Assembly: GCF_902652985.1 (NCBI RefSeq)
Contig: NC_047032.1
Span: 24,366,001 to 24,430,000, forward strand
Length of the DNA stretch: 64,000 nucleotides
Direction of reading: 5' to 3'
Origin: Pecten maximus
Taxonomy: Eukaryota
Shown: one piece after another, positions 13,130 through 26,738 of the stretch
Numbering within the stretch: the first letter of the stretch is position 1
Layout of the letters: each line of letters begins with the position of its first letter
Program-made: the position numbers and the translations under genes
Notes under the pieces: generated by a model
Seen by the model: the letters and a program-made list of their open reading frames with translations, nothing else
What the model was told of the DNA's origin: nothing
Database searches by the model: none

Positions 13130-14905
13130 GCCTATACCTGAAACTAATAATGATTACCCTCATTATATTAATGATATTTTTATAACCCAACAGGATGTAA
13201 AAGATCAGTTATATCTTCTGAATGCTAATAAACCTGCTTGACCTGATGATATGATTCCTAGAATACTCAAACAACTACACCCATCTATCATAGTTCCTCT
13301 AACTCTTCTATTTAATAAAACACTTGAAACTGGTAAATTCCCCTCAGCTGGAAGATGGCTAATATTAATGCTATTTATAAGGGTAAAGGATTAGTTAATG
13401 AGGTGTCAAATTACAGACCTATTTCTGTCACCTTATGTTTTAGTAACATGCTAGAACAAAATCATTTTTAAATATCTTTATAACTACATGATTACATATA
13501 TAACAAATCATCAGTCTGGCTTGACACCTTTCAACTGTAAATCAATTATTATATATTTACCATACCATTGTTAATTGCCTAGATCAAAATAAAGAAATCA
13601 GATTTATATTCTGTGACATAAGCAAGGCTTTTGATATAGTTTGGCATAATGGACTGCGCTACAAGTTAGAATCATATGGTGTTAAAGGTAATCTACTAAA
13701 GTGGTTTCAAAACTGTTTATCAAATAGAAAACAGAGAGTTCTAACTGAAGGCCAGAGCCCCTTTCGATTTGCACTCTTCTGATTCTAGAAGATATCTTCC
13801 GGTCACTCGATTTGAAGCTCTTCTACTCTTCCGTCTCAAAGCTGGAAGATTTATCTTCCAAGATGGCGGCGACCATGTTTTAAGTGTGCGAGTGATGAGT
13901 GAAGGATTTATAACACATACATGCACATGTTTGTGTCATCGTGTTTGAGAAAACTTAAAAACTTGCTTATTTTTTGTTTTATTCTCCCGGTTTACTCGAT
14001 TTACATATAACGTAATACGATCTTCTTAGAAGGCTTCTCTTCTTAGAAGAGTGCAAATCGAACGGGGCTCATGCATCAACATTTGACCCTGTTCAAGCAG
14101 GGGTTCCACAAGGCTCGGTCCTCGGTCCATTATTGTTTTTAATATATATCAATGATATTGTTGACTGTCTCCAGTAAAATTAAATTTTTTGCAGATGACA
14201 CTTCTCTTTATGGTACAGGTGATGATAATCCCATTGAATTGGCACAAAATCTTTCAGATGACTTGACTAATATTAAGCATTGGGCCACTAAATGGGACAT
14301 AAAATGTAATCCTTCCAAAACTGAATCTATTATCTTTTCAAGAAAAACTGACAGGAATCATCCTATCATTACTTTTTATGATTAACCTATTGCAGAGAGC
14401 AAAGTACATACACATCTTGGTCTTACACTTAGTGACGATGCTAAATTGAATCAACAAATATTTAGAATTGATGATAAAGCATTTAAAAGAATAAATATTT
14501 TAAGTTTAATAAAAAAGAAAATCTCTAACTAGTATATATACATCCTACATAAGACCAATTATTGAATATGCAGATGTTAAGTGGGACAACTGTACACTAG
14601 CTCAAAAAATATATTAGAAACTACATAATTAGAAGCTGGGAGATTTATTACAGGTTTACGGAGAGAAACACCACATGATAAATTATACAAAGAATTAGAA
14701 TGGGAAACTTTAAGTTGCAGAAGAAAGAATCATAAACTTATCATGATGTATAGAATAATGAACAATAAAACTTCAGATTGTCTTCGAGAAATTATTCAAC
14801 CATATTTTCATGATGAAACTCTAGACAGATATCCCCTCCGACTAAATAGAATATTTGATCCCCCATTATGTCGTACTGTAAGTTATTTTGAAAATTTTTC
14901 CATTC
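13130..14905 (+). mobile_element. Degraded CR1/L2-group LINE RT fragment
   Basis: [26 protein letters not shown] and FADDT motifs with many stops and frameshifts. Confidence 0.85.
13755..14070. mobile_element. 316-bp MITE with 26-bp TIRs inserted in the LINE
   Basis: GAGCCCCTTTCGATTTGCACTCTTCT (13755-13780) vs the reverse complement of 14045-14070, 1 mismatch; the LINE frame (EGH-ASTF) resumes across it. Confidence 0.85.
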
Positions 14906-14914
14906 ATGTTTAAT

Positions 14915-15420
14915 GATGGATAAAGCCATGGCCTTTGCCTAGGATCTTGATGTTTAAGGCTTCCAACGGTTGGCTACAGTCACTTTTGAAACGCCACAAC
15001 ATTTCGTTTGGTGAGATGAGCGACAAGAATGTGGACGTTAAGCAGGCTATAGTCGACAACTGGAAAGGAAAGCTTCCAGACCTATGCAAGGTTTATGTTT
15101 TCAAGGATATCTTCCATATGGATTAATCCGACCTTTTCTACAAATCGACTAGCGTCCATGTAAAGGGCGAGACCTGTAGCGGTGGAAAGATGTCAAAAGA
15201 AAGATCGACTGTGTCGTTCTGTGCCAGCATGACAGGAGAAAAAGAACCTCTAGCTGTCATCGGGAAAAGTGCTTATCTAAGATGTTTCAAAAAGGCCCCC
15301 AGCTCCCTTCCAGTCCTATACTACAACAAAAAGAAGGCGTGGATGACGGGCAGCATCTATGCAGACTTGGTCAAGAAATGCGAGCGCAAGATGAGGAGAC
15401 AAGGACGCAAGATTTTGATA
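14915..15420 (+). pseudogene. pogo/Tigger DDE transposase fragment
   Basis: FKASNGWLQSLLKRHNI, IFHMD, GGKMSKERSTV..GEKEPLAVIGKS..KKAWMT. Confidence 0.85.
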
Positions 15421-15429
15421 TTCTTATTT

Positions 15430-16941
15430 ATTATATTTTTAAACAATTCATCTCAATGCCGAAAAATAATTAATGTTGAGGTTTTTATGACAGTGTAAAA
15501 TAGTGCTGATCCGGATATTTATTTTCCGGATTAATTTGAATGTCCGTTTAATCTATTAGGAAATGTGACAGAACTTCCTTTATATGAAGTGAGCACATGT
15601 TATCAACATGTAATGAGGGTCGCAAGCTTGAGGCGATATGTTTGCCACTGATGAAGTGAGCACATGTTATGAACATGTAATGAGGGTCGTAAGCTTGAGG
15701 CGACATGTTTGCCACTGAAGTGAGCACATGTTATGAACATGGAATGAGGGTCGCAAGCTTGAGACGACATGTTTGGCACTGATGAAGTGAGTCTTATGTT
15801 GTTTTTTTACGGACAAATGGCCCATACAAATGATGATGTAATTTTGTAATGTTGGATGCTTGATTGTAGTTGCCATATAACAAACCTCTGGAAAGGTCGT
15901 TAACAAAGCTGGGCAATCAAGTGAATTTTGTAGTTTTTTTTGTATGGGTCTTGGCCCTAGTTAGGTATAGTTGTATGAATTTTGGCAAATTGTTGTCGTT
16001 ATTGCTTTAATGCATATTTGTATCCTGAAAAACAGGTTTATCATCATTCCCCCACCTATTTTGTTTTCGTGGCGGAGCTAGATTGTATCTAGCTTTTGGC
16101 ATAAATTTCTGATCACCTGTTTTCTTATAATATTTCTATGACAAATTGATGCATATCAATTTGATGTTTTTTGATGAAAGTTTAATTGGGTGATTCTGTG
16201 TTCCCACTGGTCACTCGAAAATTATTTTGATATTTATATACCACGACAATAATTTGCCAAGAAATAAGTATTAAAAATACAAATGAATGGCAATTGGTTT
16301 TTGTATTATTTTTGGTTATTTGATAATATGTTTTAAAATTATATTTTTAAACAATTTATCTCAATGCCAAAAAAGAATTAATGTTGAAGTTTTTATGACA
16401 GTGTAAAATAGTGCTGATCCGGATATTTATTTTCCGGATTAATTTGAATGTCCGTTTAATCTATTAGGAAATGTGACAGAACTTCCTTTATATAAACCAT
16501 TGCAGGAAGAAAGACGTTGTTCAGTGGAGGAGTCAACATTTACCCTCCCAACCCTCCCGAAAATTGTTTCTTGCGCCAGTCTTTTTTATTTTGCAGATGA
16601 GGTGATTTCACTCTTTACGTCGTGGTGTATTGTTTGGTGATCATGAAGGAATACAGGAGGACTTGTTGGTTAAAGATTTTCCTGGATAATGGATTTCAGC
16701 TCAGGACTGTTTTGCATAAATTTCTGATCACCTGTTTTCTTATAACATTTCTATGACAAATTGATGCATATCAATTTGATGTTTTTTGATGAAAGTTTAT
16801 TTGGGTGATTCTGTGTTCTCTCTGGTCACTCCAAAATTATTTTGATATTTATATACCACGACAAAAATTTGCTAAGAAATCAGTATTAAAAATACAAATG
16901 AATGGAAATTGGTTTTTGTGTTATTTTTGGTTATTTGATAA
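15430..16941. repeat. Interleaved local duplications (15430-15584 ~ 16338-16492; 16099-16326 ~ 16714-16941)
   Basis: Direct visual alignment, few substitutions. Confidence 0.85.
15586..15791. repeat. Tandem repeat, ~64-67 bp unit, 3 copies
   Basis: GAAGTGAGCACATGTTAT..GAGGGTCGCAAGCTTGAGGCGA..GCCACTGAT repeated. Confidence 0.9.
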
Positions 16942-17110
16942 ATGATTTAAACGTACCAGTGTTACAAACATGCTTAATTTATAATAGCATACAAAATACA
17001 TTTGACTAAGATTTAACTGATTGTGAATATTTCACCTATGTTTTTTTATTGTAACTCAATAAAATAGAAAAAATACATGCAAACACTTTTAATTTTTTTT
17101 TTTTTTGAAA

Positions 17111-17656
17111 GGTTTGGTTTCGTTTGGTTTATTTTGTTTAACGTCCTAGGTAACGTCCTATTAACAGCTAAGTTCATTTAAGGACGGCCTCCCGTGCGTG
17201 CGACATGCATGCGTGTGGTAAGTGCGTATGTGTGTTTTGGGAGGCTGTGGTATGTTCGTGTTAAGTCTCCTTGTGATAGGCCAGAACTTTTGCCGATTTA
17301 TAGTGCTACCTCACTGAAGCATACTGCCGAAGACACCCAGCAGGACACCCCACCCGATCACATTATACTGACAACGGGCGAACTAGTCGTTCCACTCCAA
17401 ATATGCCGAGCGCTAAGCAGAAATAGCAACTACCATTTTTAAAGACTCTGGTATGTCTCGGCCAGGGGACAGAACCCAAAGCCTTCCTCACAGGGGCGAA
17501 CGCTCAACTAAAGGCCAAAAGTGAGGCATTGTCAAGGGAGACATTAGGAAGAAGAAAGCTGTTAAGAAAGAGAAAAGATAAGATCCCAAATTTAGTCGCC
17601 TCTTACGATCATGCAATGGGGGCAGCAGGCACAATTCTTACGCCCTACCTGCAGGG
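17111..17656 (-). mobile_element. Composite SINE copy 1 (5' leader, tRNA-like head, Meta-like core, LINE-derived tail)
   Basis: Near-identical to 38200-38716 and 45539-46071; A/B-box-like TGGCCTTTAGTTG / GGGTTCTGTCCC; ends GGACGTTAAAC(AAACC)n. Confidence 0.85.
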
Positions 17657-18852
17657 TATTTTTTTATTTTCATTTCAACATATTCTATTGATAATCAAAT
17701 GGATTGAACATCAGGCTAAGCCTATATTAAAGTTCTCTCCATAAATTATTACATTTATTTCAAATAATTAGTATTTGGTTATTAGTCAAGAATGGAAATT
17801 ACAGTATATATATATAGAAAGAGTATTTGTGAATAATATATTACGATAATCTTATGTATTTTCTTATTATAATAATTTTGAAATTATTGTTAAATATTTA
17901 TGAGAACTCGTTTACTATGCAGGAGAGAGACAAGTGCCTGATCAACAACAGAGTTTCTGACTATAATGTCCATCTGGTAAATACCAGTAGTCTTCTACTC
18001 ATGTGTTGACCAAACACGCATCTCCCTACCGCATATAAACTGGTACCATATAAGAATTTAAAATAAAACATAAAATTGTATAATTCTGATTAAGTCCAAA
18101 TCAAATAAGATTATCAATTGAGATTGTTCATAGGAAGGAGATAAATCAATTATACATAACTAGCAAGTCACCACATCTCACCCAACTTTACCCTGTAAGG
18201 CATGTAATAAATATAATGATGCTTAGTTAAGAGGGTTACAATCACATTGACACTATTCACTTTTGTTTATATATATATTATATATACATACATTTGTATG
18301 TGTGTGTATGTTGATAATATTATTTAATAGATGTACAGTGATTACTATAGAAAGCAGAAAATAATTAGAAAATCATTAACACACAAACACAGTGACAGCA
18401 TCCGTAATTGAACATTTATATGCATATTATATGATTATCAAATTATAGAGTAAGAGATAGTTTGCACAGACTCAGTGATATGTATATATGTATATATATG
18501 TTACCTGGCCCTTTGTTGTGATATTACTTTACCAGTAAATGATGATAATAATATGTATATGATCATAATAACAGAAAACATGTATGCTGTTATTAATATT
18601 CTCAATAATTATATATATGTAAGTGTATATTTGCTATTTTACGCAATAAGAAATACTTGTCGCCGGTACATTTTTAACATGACGACGTTAATCATGTATA
18701 TTATCAGCTTCAAGGTATACATGTTTAATGCGAATCATTACATAGATTGATAGACAGTTATAAGGATGGACATATATTCAATTAATAAATTTTATGTACT
18801 TATTTATGACCATAGATAGTGAATCTATATTTGTATAGGTATATTTTCAGCA

Positions 18853-21800
18853 TCAGAGTCTCCTTGTGTTATTTACATATTTAACTACATTTTCTAGGAT
18901 GTGAGTATTTTCCTCATCATTAAGATCATCTGATCCATTTAGTAAAATATTAAGACTAAAGTATTGTTGACTATGTAGGGATTCCCTAAGAGTGTCCCTA
19001 TGTATGTTATACTGTGGACATAAGAAGAAGAAATGGTATGATGTTTCTAACCCAATGCCACAACTGCAGTCAGGGGAATCATTTAGATGATCTTTAAATA
19101 GATCATAGTTTAACTGGCTTGCACCATTCCTTAATTGACATAAAATTATATTATCATGTCTAGTACCATGATTTTTGAAGATAGCTGAAGTAGTATTATT
19201 ATTTACACTGTTGTTAGATATCATCTTTTCAAATACTCTAATGGAGGGTGCGTTAAGGATTTCAATACTAAGATCATTAAATTCACGGAACATAGACGGA
19301 AAGTAGCTATTATAATAATTTTCACTGTGGCATAGTGGAGGGTTGAAAGTCCGAGTGGTTCTGAGAGGATAATTATGTTCATCAATATTATTTCTAAAAT
19401 TGCTGATAGGTAGGTAGGTGTACTTTGATGTAGTATCTTGTACATAAGAAGAAGTTTATGTTTTTTACGTCTATTCTCAAGCTTTTCCCATCCCAATTCT
19501 TGATAGATTACATTATGTGGTGTACCCTTTCGAAGTCCAGTAATGATTCTCCCAGCTTCAATTTGTATAGATTCTAGTAAATGTTTGGCCTGTTGTGAAC
19601 AGTTATCCCAAATTACATCTGCATATTCAAGTATTGGTCTAATAAAAGATATAAAAATAGTAATAAGAGATTTTCTGTCAACTTTGTGTTTAAGATATTT
19701 CAGAATATTAAGTCTCTTATAGGCTTTATCATGTATGTTTTGAATATGTTCGTTCCATGTACCATCAGCAGATAAGGTCACTCCTAAGTGAGTGTGTGAG
19801 TCGCATGTCATTATTTCAATATTATCAAACTTGAGGGTTAGGGGTAATTTATTTCTTTTTCTTGAAAAGAGGACTGATTTTGTTTTAGTTGGATTGAATT
19901 TAACATCCCACTTCTGGGCCCATAAGTTAATATTTTGTAAATCGAGACTTAATGATTCCTGTGCAGTTATCTTATTATAAGTGTCAATAATAGAAAATAA
20001 AGATGTATCATCAGCAAATAATTTCATGTAATTGGTTATATCTTTTACTATATCATTAATATATATAAGAAAAAGAAATGGACCCAATACTGATCCCTGA
20101 GGGACACCTGCTTTAACTGATTTGAAAGATGAGTAATGGCCCTCAGTAATGACTCTTTGCTTTCTATCTTTTAAATAGTTCCTAAACCATACTAATAAGT
20201 TTCCTGTAATCCCACATTTATTAAGCTTGTAGATTAATCCCTCATGCCAAACACGGTCAAATGCCTTACTGATATCACAGAATATAAATTGAAGTTCATT
20301 TCCAACATCTAGATTACAAGTAATGAGATGATATATTGATAGTAATTGGTTTACAGTAGAGTCTCGGGGTGTAAATCCAGATTGGTGTTCAGAAATAATG
20401 TTATGCTGTTTAACAAAGTTATATAGGTATTTAAATAAGATTTTTTCAGATATTTTGCTAAAACAACTTGTAATAGATATAGGTCTATAATTATTTACTT
20501 CATTCTGAGAGCCATTACCCTTATAAATTGCATTAACATTAGACATTTTCCAATTATCAGGTATTAATCCTTCCTGTAAGGTTTTATTAATAAGTAAATA
20601 TAATGGTAAGGCTAGGCTTGATTTAAGATTTTTTACAACTTTGGGTAAGATTCCATCAGGACCAGATGGTTTATTTTCATTAAGTATACTTAATTGATCA
20701 TATACATCCTGTCGTGTTACATGAATATTATCAAGTGTTGATTGTGGTTGGAGATTATCATTTTCGAAAGTATGTGGGTTAGGTAGATTTACAGAAGATG
20801 TAGCTATGGAGGTGAAGTAATCATTAAGTATTTCTGCTTTCTGAGTTGGATGGTGAACAGTTTGGTCAGCGGATGAGAGAGGAGGTATTTGTGTGTGTTT
20901 ATTATTAATGCCAGTGACAGTTCGAGCTATTTTCCACCATTTATTTGGGGGTAGAGATGTGTTAGCAAGAGAGGATTGTAGTTGTTCAAAGTAGTTGAGT
21001 TTAGCTTTGCGAATAAGATCAATAACATGATTTCTAGCCTGCCTATATTCATGCCAATGCTGGGGGTTACTTGAAGTTTTAGCTTTTGTATGTTTCCTTT
21101 TTCTTTTTCTCATTTCAAGCCTAATTGAGCTGGTCATCCCGTTTTTGTCTCTTGGTCGCACAAGTATAGTTTTCCTAGGTATGAAGTTATTTGATGTTTG
21201 TAGTATAGTTTCAGTTAGATATTGGTTAAAATCATTAACATTAAGGCTATTGGAGAGAGAGAGCCACTCAATAGTGTTTATTTTGTTATTCATAGAGTTA
21301 TAGTCAGCCTCATCATAAAGCCAAATAGTTTTGTTGTAGGATGTGTATCTATAAGCAGTATATGCTAACTGTATCAGAATTGGAGAATGGTCACTGCAAA
21401 AAGGAGTACCAACAGATGTATTTTTAATTATATTGCAGTTATTTGTAAAGACTACATCAATAGATGTTGAAGTATTCTCTGTAATTCTTGTTGGTTGTTT
21501 AACTATACTTTTTAAACTAAATTTTGTTAGCAATCGAGAGAGGTGTGAGTTTGGCTGTATAGTCAGCATATCAATATTAATATCACCAGTGATGAGAATA
21601 TCTAGATTTGTATCGGTTACTGTAGTTAGGTTATCATCAAGTTTATTCCAGTAATCTATTGTTGATTCTGGCCTATAAATACATCCTAATAAAAATTTAT
21701 GACACTCAACCATCACTTCAAGCCAAAGTATTTCGATATCAACATTTTCCAGATCTATTCTCCTTAATGTTTAACTGTATTTTTGCAGTAAACTGCTAGA

Positions 21801-22258
21801 CTACCACCATAACCAGTTGTTCTGTCTTTACGATAGCATTCATAAGATACAATTTTAATGTCTTCATCTGAGATTCTGTCAGTCAGATGGGTTTCTGTTA
21901 AGCATGAAATATTAAAGGAATTTAATTCTGATTCAATAATATCAGTCTTATTACGAAGGGATCTGACATTTAAATTTGCTATATCGATATGATGAGGACC
22001 AGGATTTTGTTCAATATCCATCGATATCAATAGCAATACTTTAACAACATTTAGATTAAATTCATTATTTGGCATATTAAGATTTGATTTGTCGTATGAT
22101 TCTGTAAACATGCCATGCATAGCCGTGATCCGATCATGTATATGCGACCCCTCACTAGCGTAACTAACCATTATCAAATGCATTAGCCGCATCAGTAGCG
22201 GTTCGCATACACACAGCCAAATCACTGCTATACAATATGATACAGTGTATATAAACAT
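18853..22258 (-). pseudogene. LINE ORF2: 2A-like peptide + APE endonuclease + RT + C-terminal Cys/His domain (2 frameshifts)
   Basis: NLNVRSL, CLTETHL, GDINID, SDH; [36 protein letters not shown]; CSCG..ETSYHFFFLCP. Confidence 0.93.
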
Positions 22259-23085
22259 TGAGTGAGCTATGGTGACTTGCAGGGCTAATCAAAGAGACAT
22301 AATAACATAAAAAGTTAAACAAAATCATAAATGTATCATGCAGTAGGCCTATATACATACGCATAATGTTTTCCATTTCTATGAAGCTTGGTAGATATTC
22401 AGGTCATGTAAAACTGACTATATACAATTACACGCTTTAAAATAGTAGGGAGATACGCAGGATCGGTACGACGAATCACCGAAACGGACCGAATCGGACC
22501 GAAACGGAACCGAAAAGGATCGATTAAAAACTTAAAAGAGAAGAAACGTATAACATATATGTTTATTTTTAATAGTAAGTGACGAGACATGTATAACGTT
22601 ATATCAGAGATTATATACTAACTAGAATATAGACGTCTAGTTTCATATACGCACGGTATGTTCAACCGAATCGGACCGAAATAGAATCAATAAGAATCAA
22701 AAGAAACAAGGTGTAATTGTTCACGTGTATAGAGTATTTTTTATAACAAGTTTAAAAAAAAAAAAAAAAAAAAAGATAAATTTGAACAACACCAAAAATG
22801 CATATGTAGTTGTCATGTCAACAACAAAAATACATGTAATTCCTAACCAGTATTCGCCTATAAATCATGTCTGCAATATATGACTATTGTGATAAATGTA
22901 TATTCCATATGAAAAATAGAAATAAAAGAAAATTACAATTGTTTTATTATTACATAACGATTATTCAAAGGAACAAGGACTTATCTCCAAAAAATAAAGG
23001 GTCTTATCTCAATTTTATCTAACGGTTTTTAGATTTTAATAAATTGCAATAACGAGTGAGCTTTTCTTTAGATTTTGTACATTAT

Positions 23086-23154
23086 ATCAATTGAAATGGT
23101 CTAATTCTGTTAAAATACTATGCGATTTAAAAGAATTAGACCATTTCAATTGAT
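23086..23154. repeat. Perfect 23-bp inverted repeat (hairpin / mini-MITE)
   Basis: ATCAATTGAAATGGTCTAATTCT (23086-23108) and its reverse complement (23132-23154). Confidence 0.85.
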
Positions 23155-23700
23155 TTGAAGTACGAATTATATAAGAAAATCGACATGACAAATTCGTCTA
23201 CAAACACGCCCTACAAATACAGGGAAGTGGTTAAAAAAGTATTGAGACACACAAACTATCAACTATATAATCAATACATGTTGACTAATTTTAATTTGCA
23301 TTGATTGTTTTATGATTTTTATGGCGGTTTTGAAAAGCTCCGGTAGATATTTTCAGCTCTTTCATATGATATTTAGAAGCCTTCCCATGCTTAATTTTCT
23401 TGAAGAAGATGAAATGCTTGCACTGAAAAAAATGTCATGTTTTCTTTTACTTCTTTATTCTTACTAATAATGCCGTCCCGTTGTTCTTGTTTGGGGAGGA
23501 GGGAGGTAGGGGGCGTTTGCTATGTCAATTGGAAAACAACAATGGATCAGTTAAAAAATCACGATGTAGTTTGTGTTTAAAAAAAAATAGTAATCATATC
23601 ATGTTATTTTCTAATGTAATATTGTTTGCGTATTTCGAGCGTCAGTGGTCTTCTTTGAGAAGTGGTTGGCCCTAAAAAGGGCCGTTTTGTAAATTTATAT

Positions 23701-24240
23701 TCAGCGGCTGCTGAGACATCGGCGGATCCTGGAGGCATACTTCTTCATCCCTGTATTCCTGGATGTAGTTACTGCATTGTCCAGGTGTACCAGATCAGGA
23801 TGAAAGTCTTCTGGATACTTAATATCCGGGAACCGCACGAAGTGTCTACCATACTTCTTCGACAGGAGAGCGTTGATTTTCCCTCTCTGTTTGTCGAAAA
23901 TTGCCTTATTCATGCCTGGTTGCTTGAATCTGCCCCTGGTTATTTCTGCAACCCATACTCGCTTGATGCCGGTGTTGCGCAAAATGTCAACTATTTCAAC
24001 TATCCTGTTGAAAATCTCTCTCGGTCTGGACTGCGTGTTTATGTCGTTTCCTCCGACGTGGATGAAGGCTTCGTCTGCTGCTGCTGCCAATGCCTTTTCC
24101 AGAGTGGGTTGGTCCAGTCGGTCGGTCCGTACACCTCCTCGGCCGCAAAAGATGGTGGTGCAGGGTATCTCCAGGTTGTCGTCGCAGAATCTTCTTAGCC
24201 GCTCGATGAAACTGCTTCCGAATAAAACTGCTTTGGTCAT
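23701..24240 (-). CDS. SGNH/GDSL-family hydrolase (esterase-like), 179 aa, inside the MULE
   Basis: Block I LFGSSF, block II GRGG, block III HVGGND, block V DLVHL; open from ATG to stop. Confidence 0.85.
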   Translation of the reverse strand: MTKAVLFGSSFIERLRRFCDDNLEIPCTTIFCGRGGVRTDRLDQPTLEKALAAAADEAFIHVGGNDINTQSRPREIFNRIVEIVDILRNTGIKRVWVAEITRGRFKQPGMNKAIFDKQRGKINALLSKKYGRHFVRFPDIKYPEDFHPDLVHLDNAVTTSRNTGMKKYASRIRRCLSSR

Positions 24241-24654
24241 GATGTCTTCTTTCTTCTACTTAATGTACTTAAACACCATGATACGCCACCTTCTATGCGT
24301 TACTTGGGTGTAACATAACCACGCCCATCTTTCTCTGGCTCTTTTAGACCAAAACACGTGATAGGTTTGTTGACGCCCCTTGATTTGATTCGCTAACTGT
24401 TCAATTGGGTTCCATCGCAACATTACAATACCGAATAATAATCACATTGTAAAAACGTGTTTACTGTTTCATTCACAATCATATAGTTGGGTACACTGAT
24501 CAAAATAACCAAATTACGAAACAAGTTTTACATTTTATTAATAAAAATAATATTTTACATTAATATACCAGTGGGTTTAATGAAAATATGTTTTGAATAT
24601 GAACGTTCCTAGTAGGCACTGGTGCCTATTCATCATCACTGTCGTTTATTTCAG

Positions 24655-25608
24655 AATGTATCTATACTTAATGACATGCACGTGACAGCGTCTTGTTTTA
24701 AACATTTATCATTAGAAAAACCAAACACCGGTGAACCACCGCTCTTTTTCGGACCTATGTTCATCCATGACAGCAGCGACTTTGAGACGTACAGTGCTTT
24801 TTTTTCACATCTGAAAATCAAACTGACAGGTACTGACCTTGGTAAATTAGTGATTGGGACAGATGACGAACAGGCCATGAAAAAAGCTATAACGAACATA
24901 TTCTCAGACTCGACTCACGTGCTTTGTACCCGGCATTTACGTCAGAATACTTTGGACAAAATGACAAATTTAGGAATAAACACTAGTGACCGTAGCCGAC
25001 TGTTAAACGACATTTTCGGACATGATGGTGTGACGGACGCTGACGACTCGATCACGTTTGACGAAAGGAGTGACGGACTCCAGACTATGTGCCAGTCGGT
25101 CTCTCCTGATTTCATTAATTACTTTGAGAATAGACTAAAACCTCTCTTAAAAGAAAAAGTCAATGAACCTCAACGATTAGGCAACATATCAAAGCAATGG
25201 ACAAACAATAATTGTGAATCAATTAACCATATTTTGAAACATTTAGTAGATTGGAAGTCAAAGCCGTTAGTTGATTTTGTAGAATCTGTACATTCTCTGA
25301 TATAAGTACAATACAAAGATCTCAGGAGAGCCATCATGTGTACGGGACAGTATAGACTGACTGAACAGTTAGGACGATACAGGACAGACAAAATTAGATG
25401 GGCATCATTGACCACTGACCAGAAAGACAGACTGGTAAACAAAGTCAATCGCGGTCTGATGAGGGAGGGGGTAGCAACATCTACAGACGGACAATTGAAA
25501 TGTAGACTACCTAAAACACTGGGGAAAAAACCGGGACAAAGAAAACGACACAAGACAGAACGGACAGTGACAGTATCTCAAAAGAAAATGAGAACTCAGT
25601 ACCTGTAG
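24655..25608 (+). pseudogene. MULE transposase, N-terminally deleted, one premature stop at 25303-25305
   Basis: PPLFFGPMFIH, IGTDDEQAM, CxxH (LCTRHL), WTNNNCESINH; ORF 25336-25608 continues in the same frame. Confidence 0.85.
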
Positions 25609-26738
25609 AAAAACTCCCAGCTTCTCACCTCGTCAGGTGCACTGTTTTACAGTGAAAGATCTGTGTTTTGATCTATTGTGCAACAATACCTACATATTCA
25701 CTAATGTTCAAGTTCTTTATTGATTTCCGATTCTGTAGAAAAACTCACAGCTTCTCACCTCGTCAGGTGCACTGTGCAATGGTAGCAAGATAGATTAGCA
25801 CAACATGAACACCCAACCTACATTCTTGTTTCTGTTAGTAAATTAGTAAGAAGTTATGATAGCAAATTACATTATGAATATTGAATAAATTGAACAAAAT
25901 GAACAAAAAATCATCAAGTTCTGACGATTAATGTGCACGAGGTCGCAAAGTAATTTATATGGTTACAATATATATATATATATGAAAACGCAGCGTATAC
26001 TTTTATTCCCGTTCCAGTTTGATTATAAATAATATAAGAGGTATTTCATTCTTTTAAAATGGCATTTATTGGCTATTCATCCCTATTGATAGAACCGTTT
26101 CGGTTCCGTTTCGGTCCGATTCGGTCCGTTTCGGTGATTCGTCGCACCCCGCAGGATTAACAAACATCGATGTGACTAGGAGTGAATGAGGTCAAGGTTG
26201 TTGATATGACAATGCGGAGCACGGTATTAGGTATACATGCGAGAGGTATATATCTAATCTGCTGGAGATGGTATGATATCGAGAGTATGTTGATCTGATT
26301 AACACATGGAAGTATTAAACTTTGCGAACTGATACTCATTACATTGTATTATATAGATGATGGGAATTGAAAATAAGTATAACTTGTAGGGTATTTTGGA
26401 AACTTATAAATCCGCATTCCGCACTTCCTTAGTAAAGCACGTGGAGTTCTAGATGTAAACATTCGATCAGACGACATTTGATAGTAATATTTCTGTGGGA
26501 TTCGGAGATAAAGAATACTGAATGTATGTTACATAGTGAAATATATCAGGAAAAGGTAATCATATTGACATAAGGAACAGACTGCATCAATTGACCATAA
26601 AGCCATGTGGAGTTCATTGTTACAAACATTCGATCAAACGGCCTTGGATCCAGATCAGCAAAACTATATACTTACAATAACATAATCCCAGAAGCTTAAC
26701 CAATACATGGAGATAATAAGGTATGTCACTTCTAGAGC

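Larger units (their letters stand above)
22464..26149 (+). mobile_element. Mutator-like (MULE) DNA transposon with 52-bp TIRs and 8-bp TSD CGCAGGAT
   Basis: TIR 22464-22515 vs 26098-26149 (2 mismatches); TSD at 22456-22463 and 26150-26157; MULE transposase inside. Confidence 0.9.

Noticed and set aside
17194-17744. Recurrent short ORFs (MRATCMRV.., MSRETLGRR..) also at 45604 and 45938
   Set aside because: Antisense translations of SINE copies with non-ATG starts.
23701-24240. Bacterial horizontal transfer or contamination for the SGNH gene
   Set aside because: It sits within animal TE termini and SGNH domains are known TE cargo; HGT cannot be supported without a phylogeny.
23662-24313. Plus-strand ORFs overlapping the SGNH gene
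   Set aside because: Antisense shadows with non-ATG starts and no motifs.
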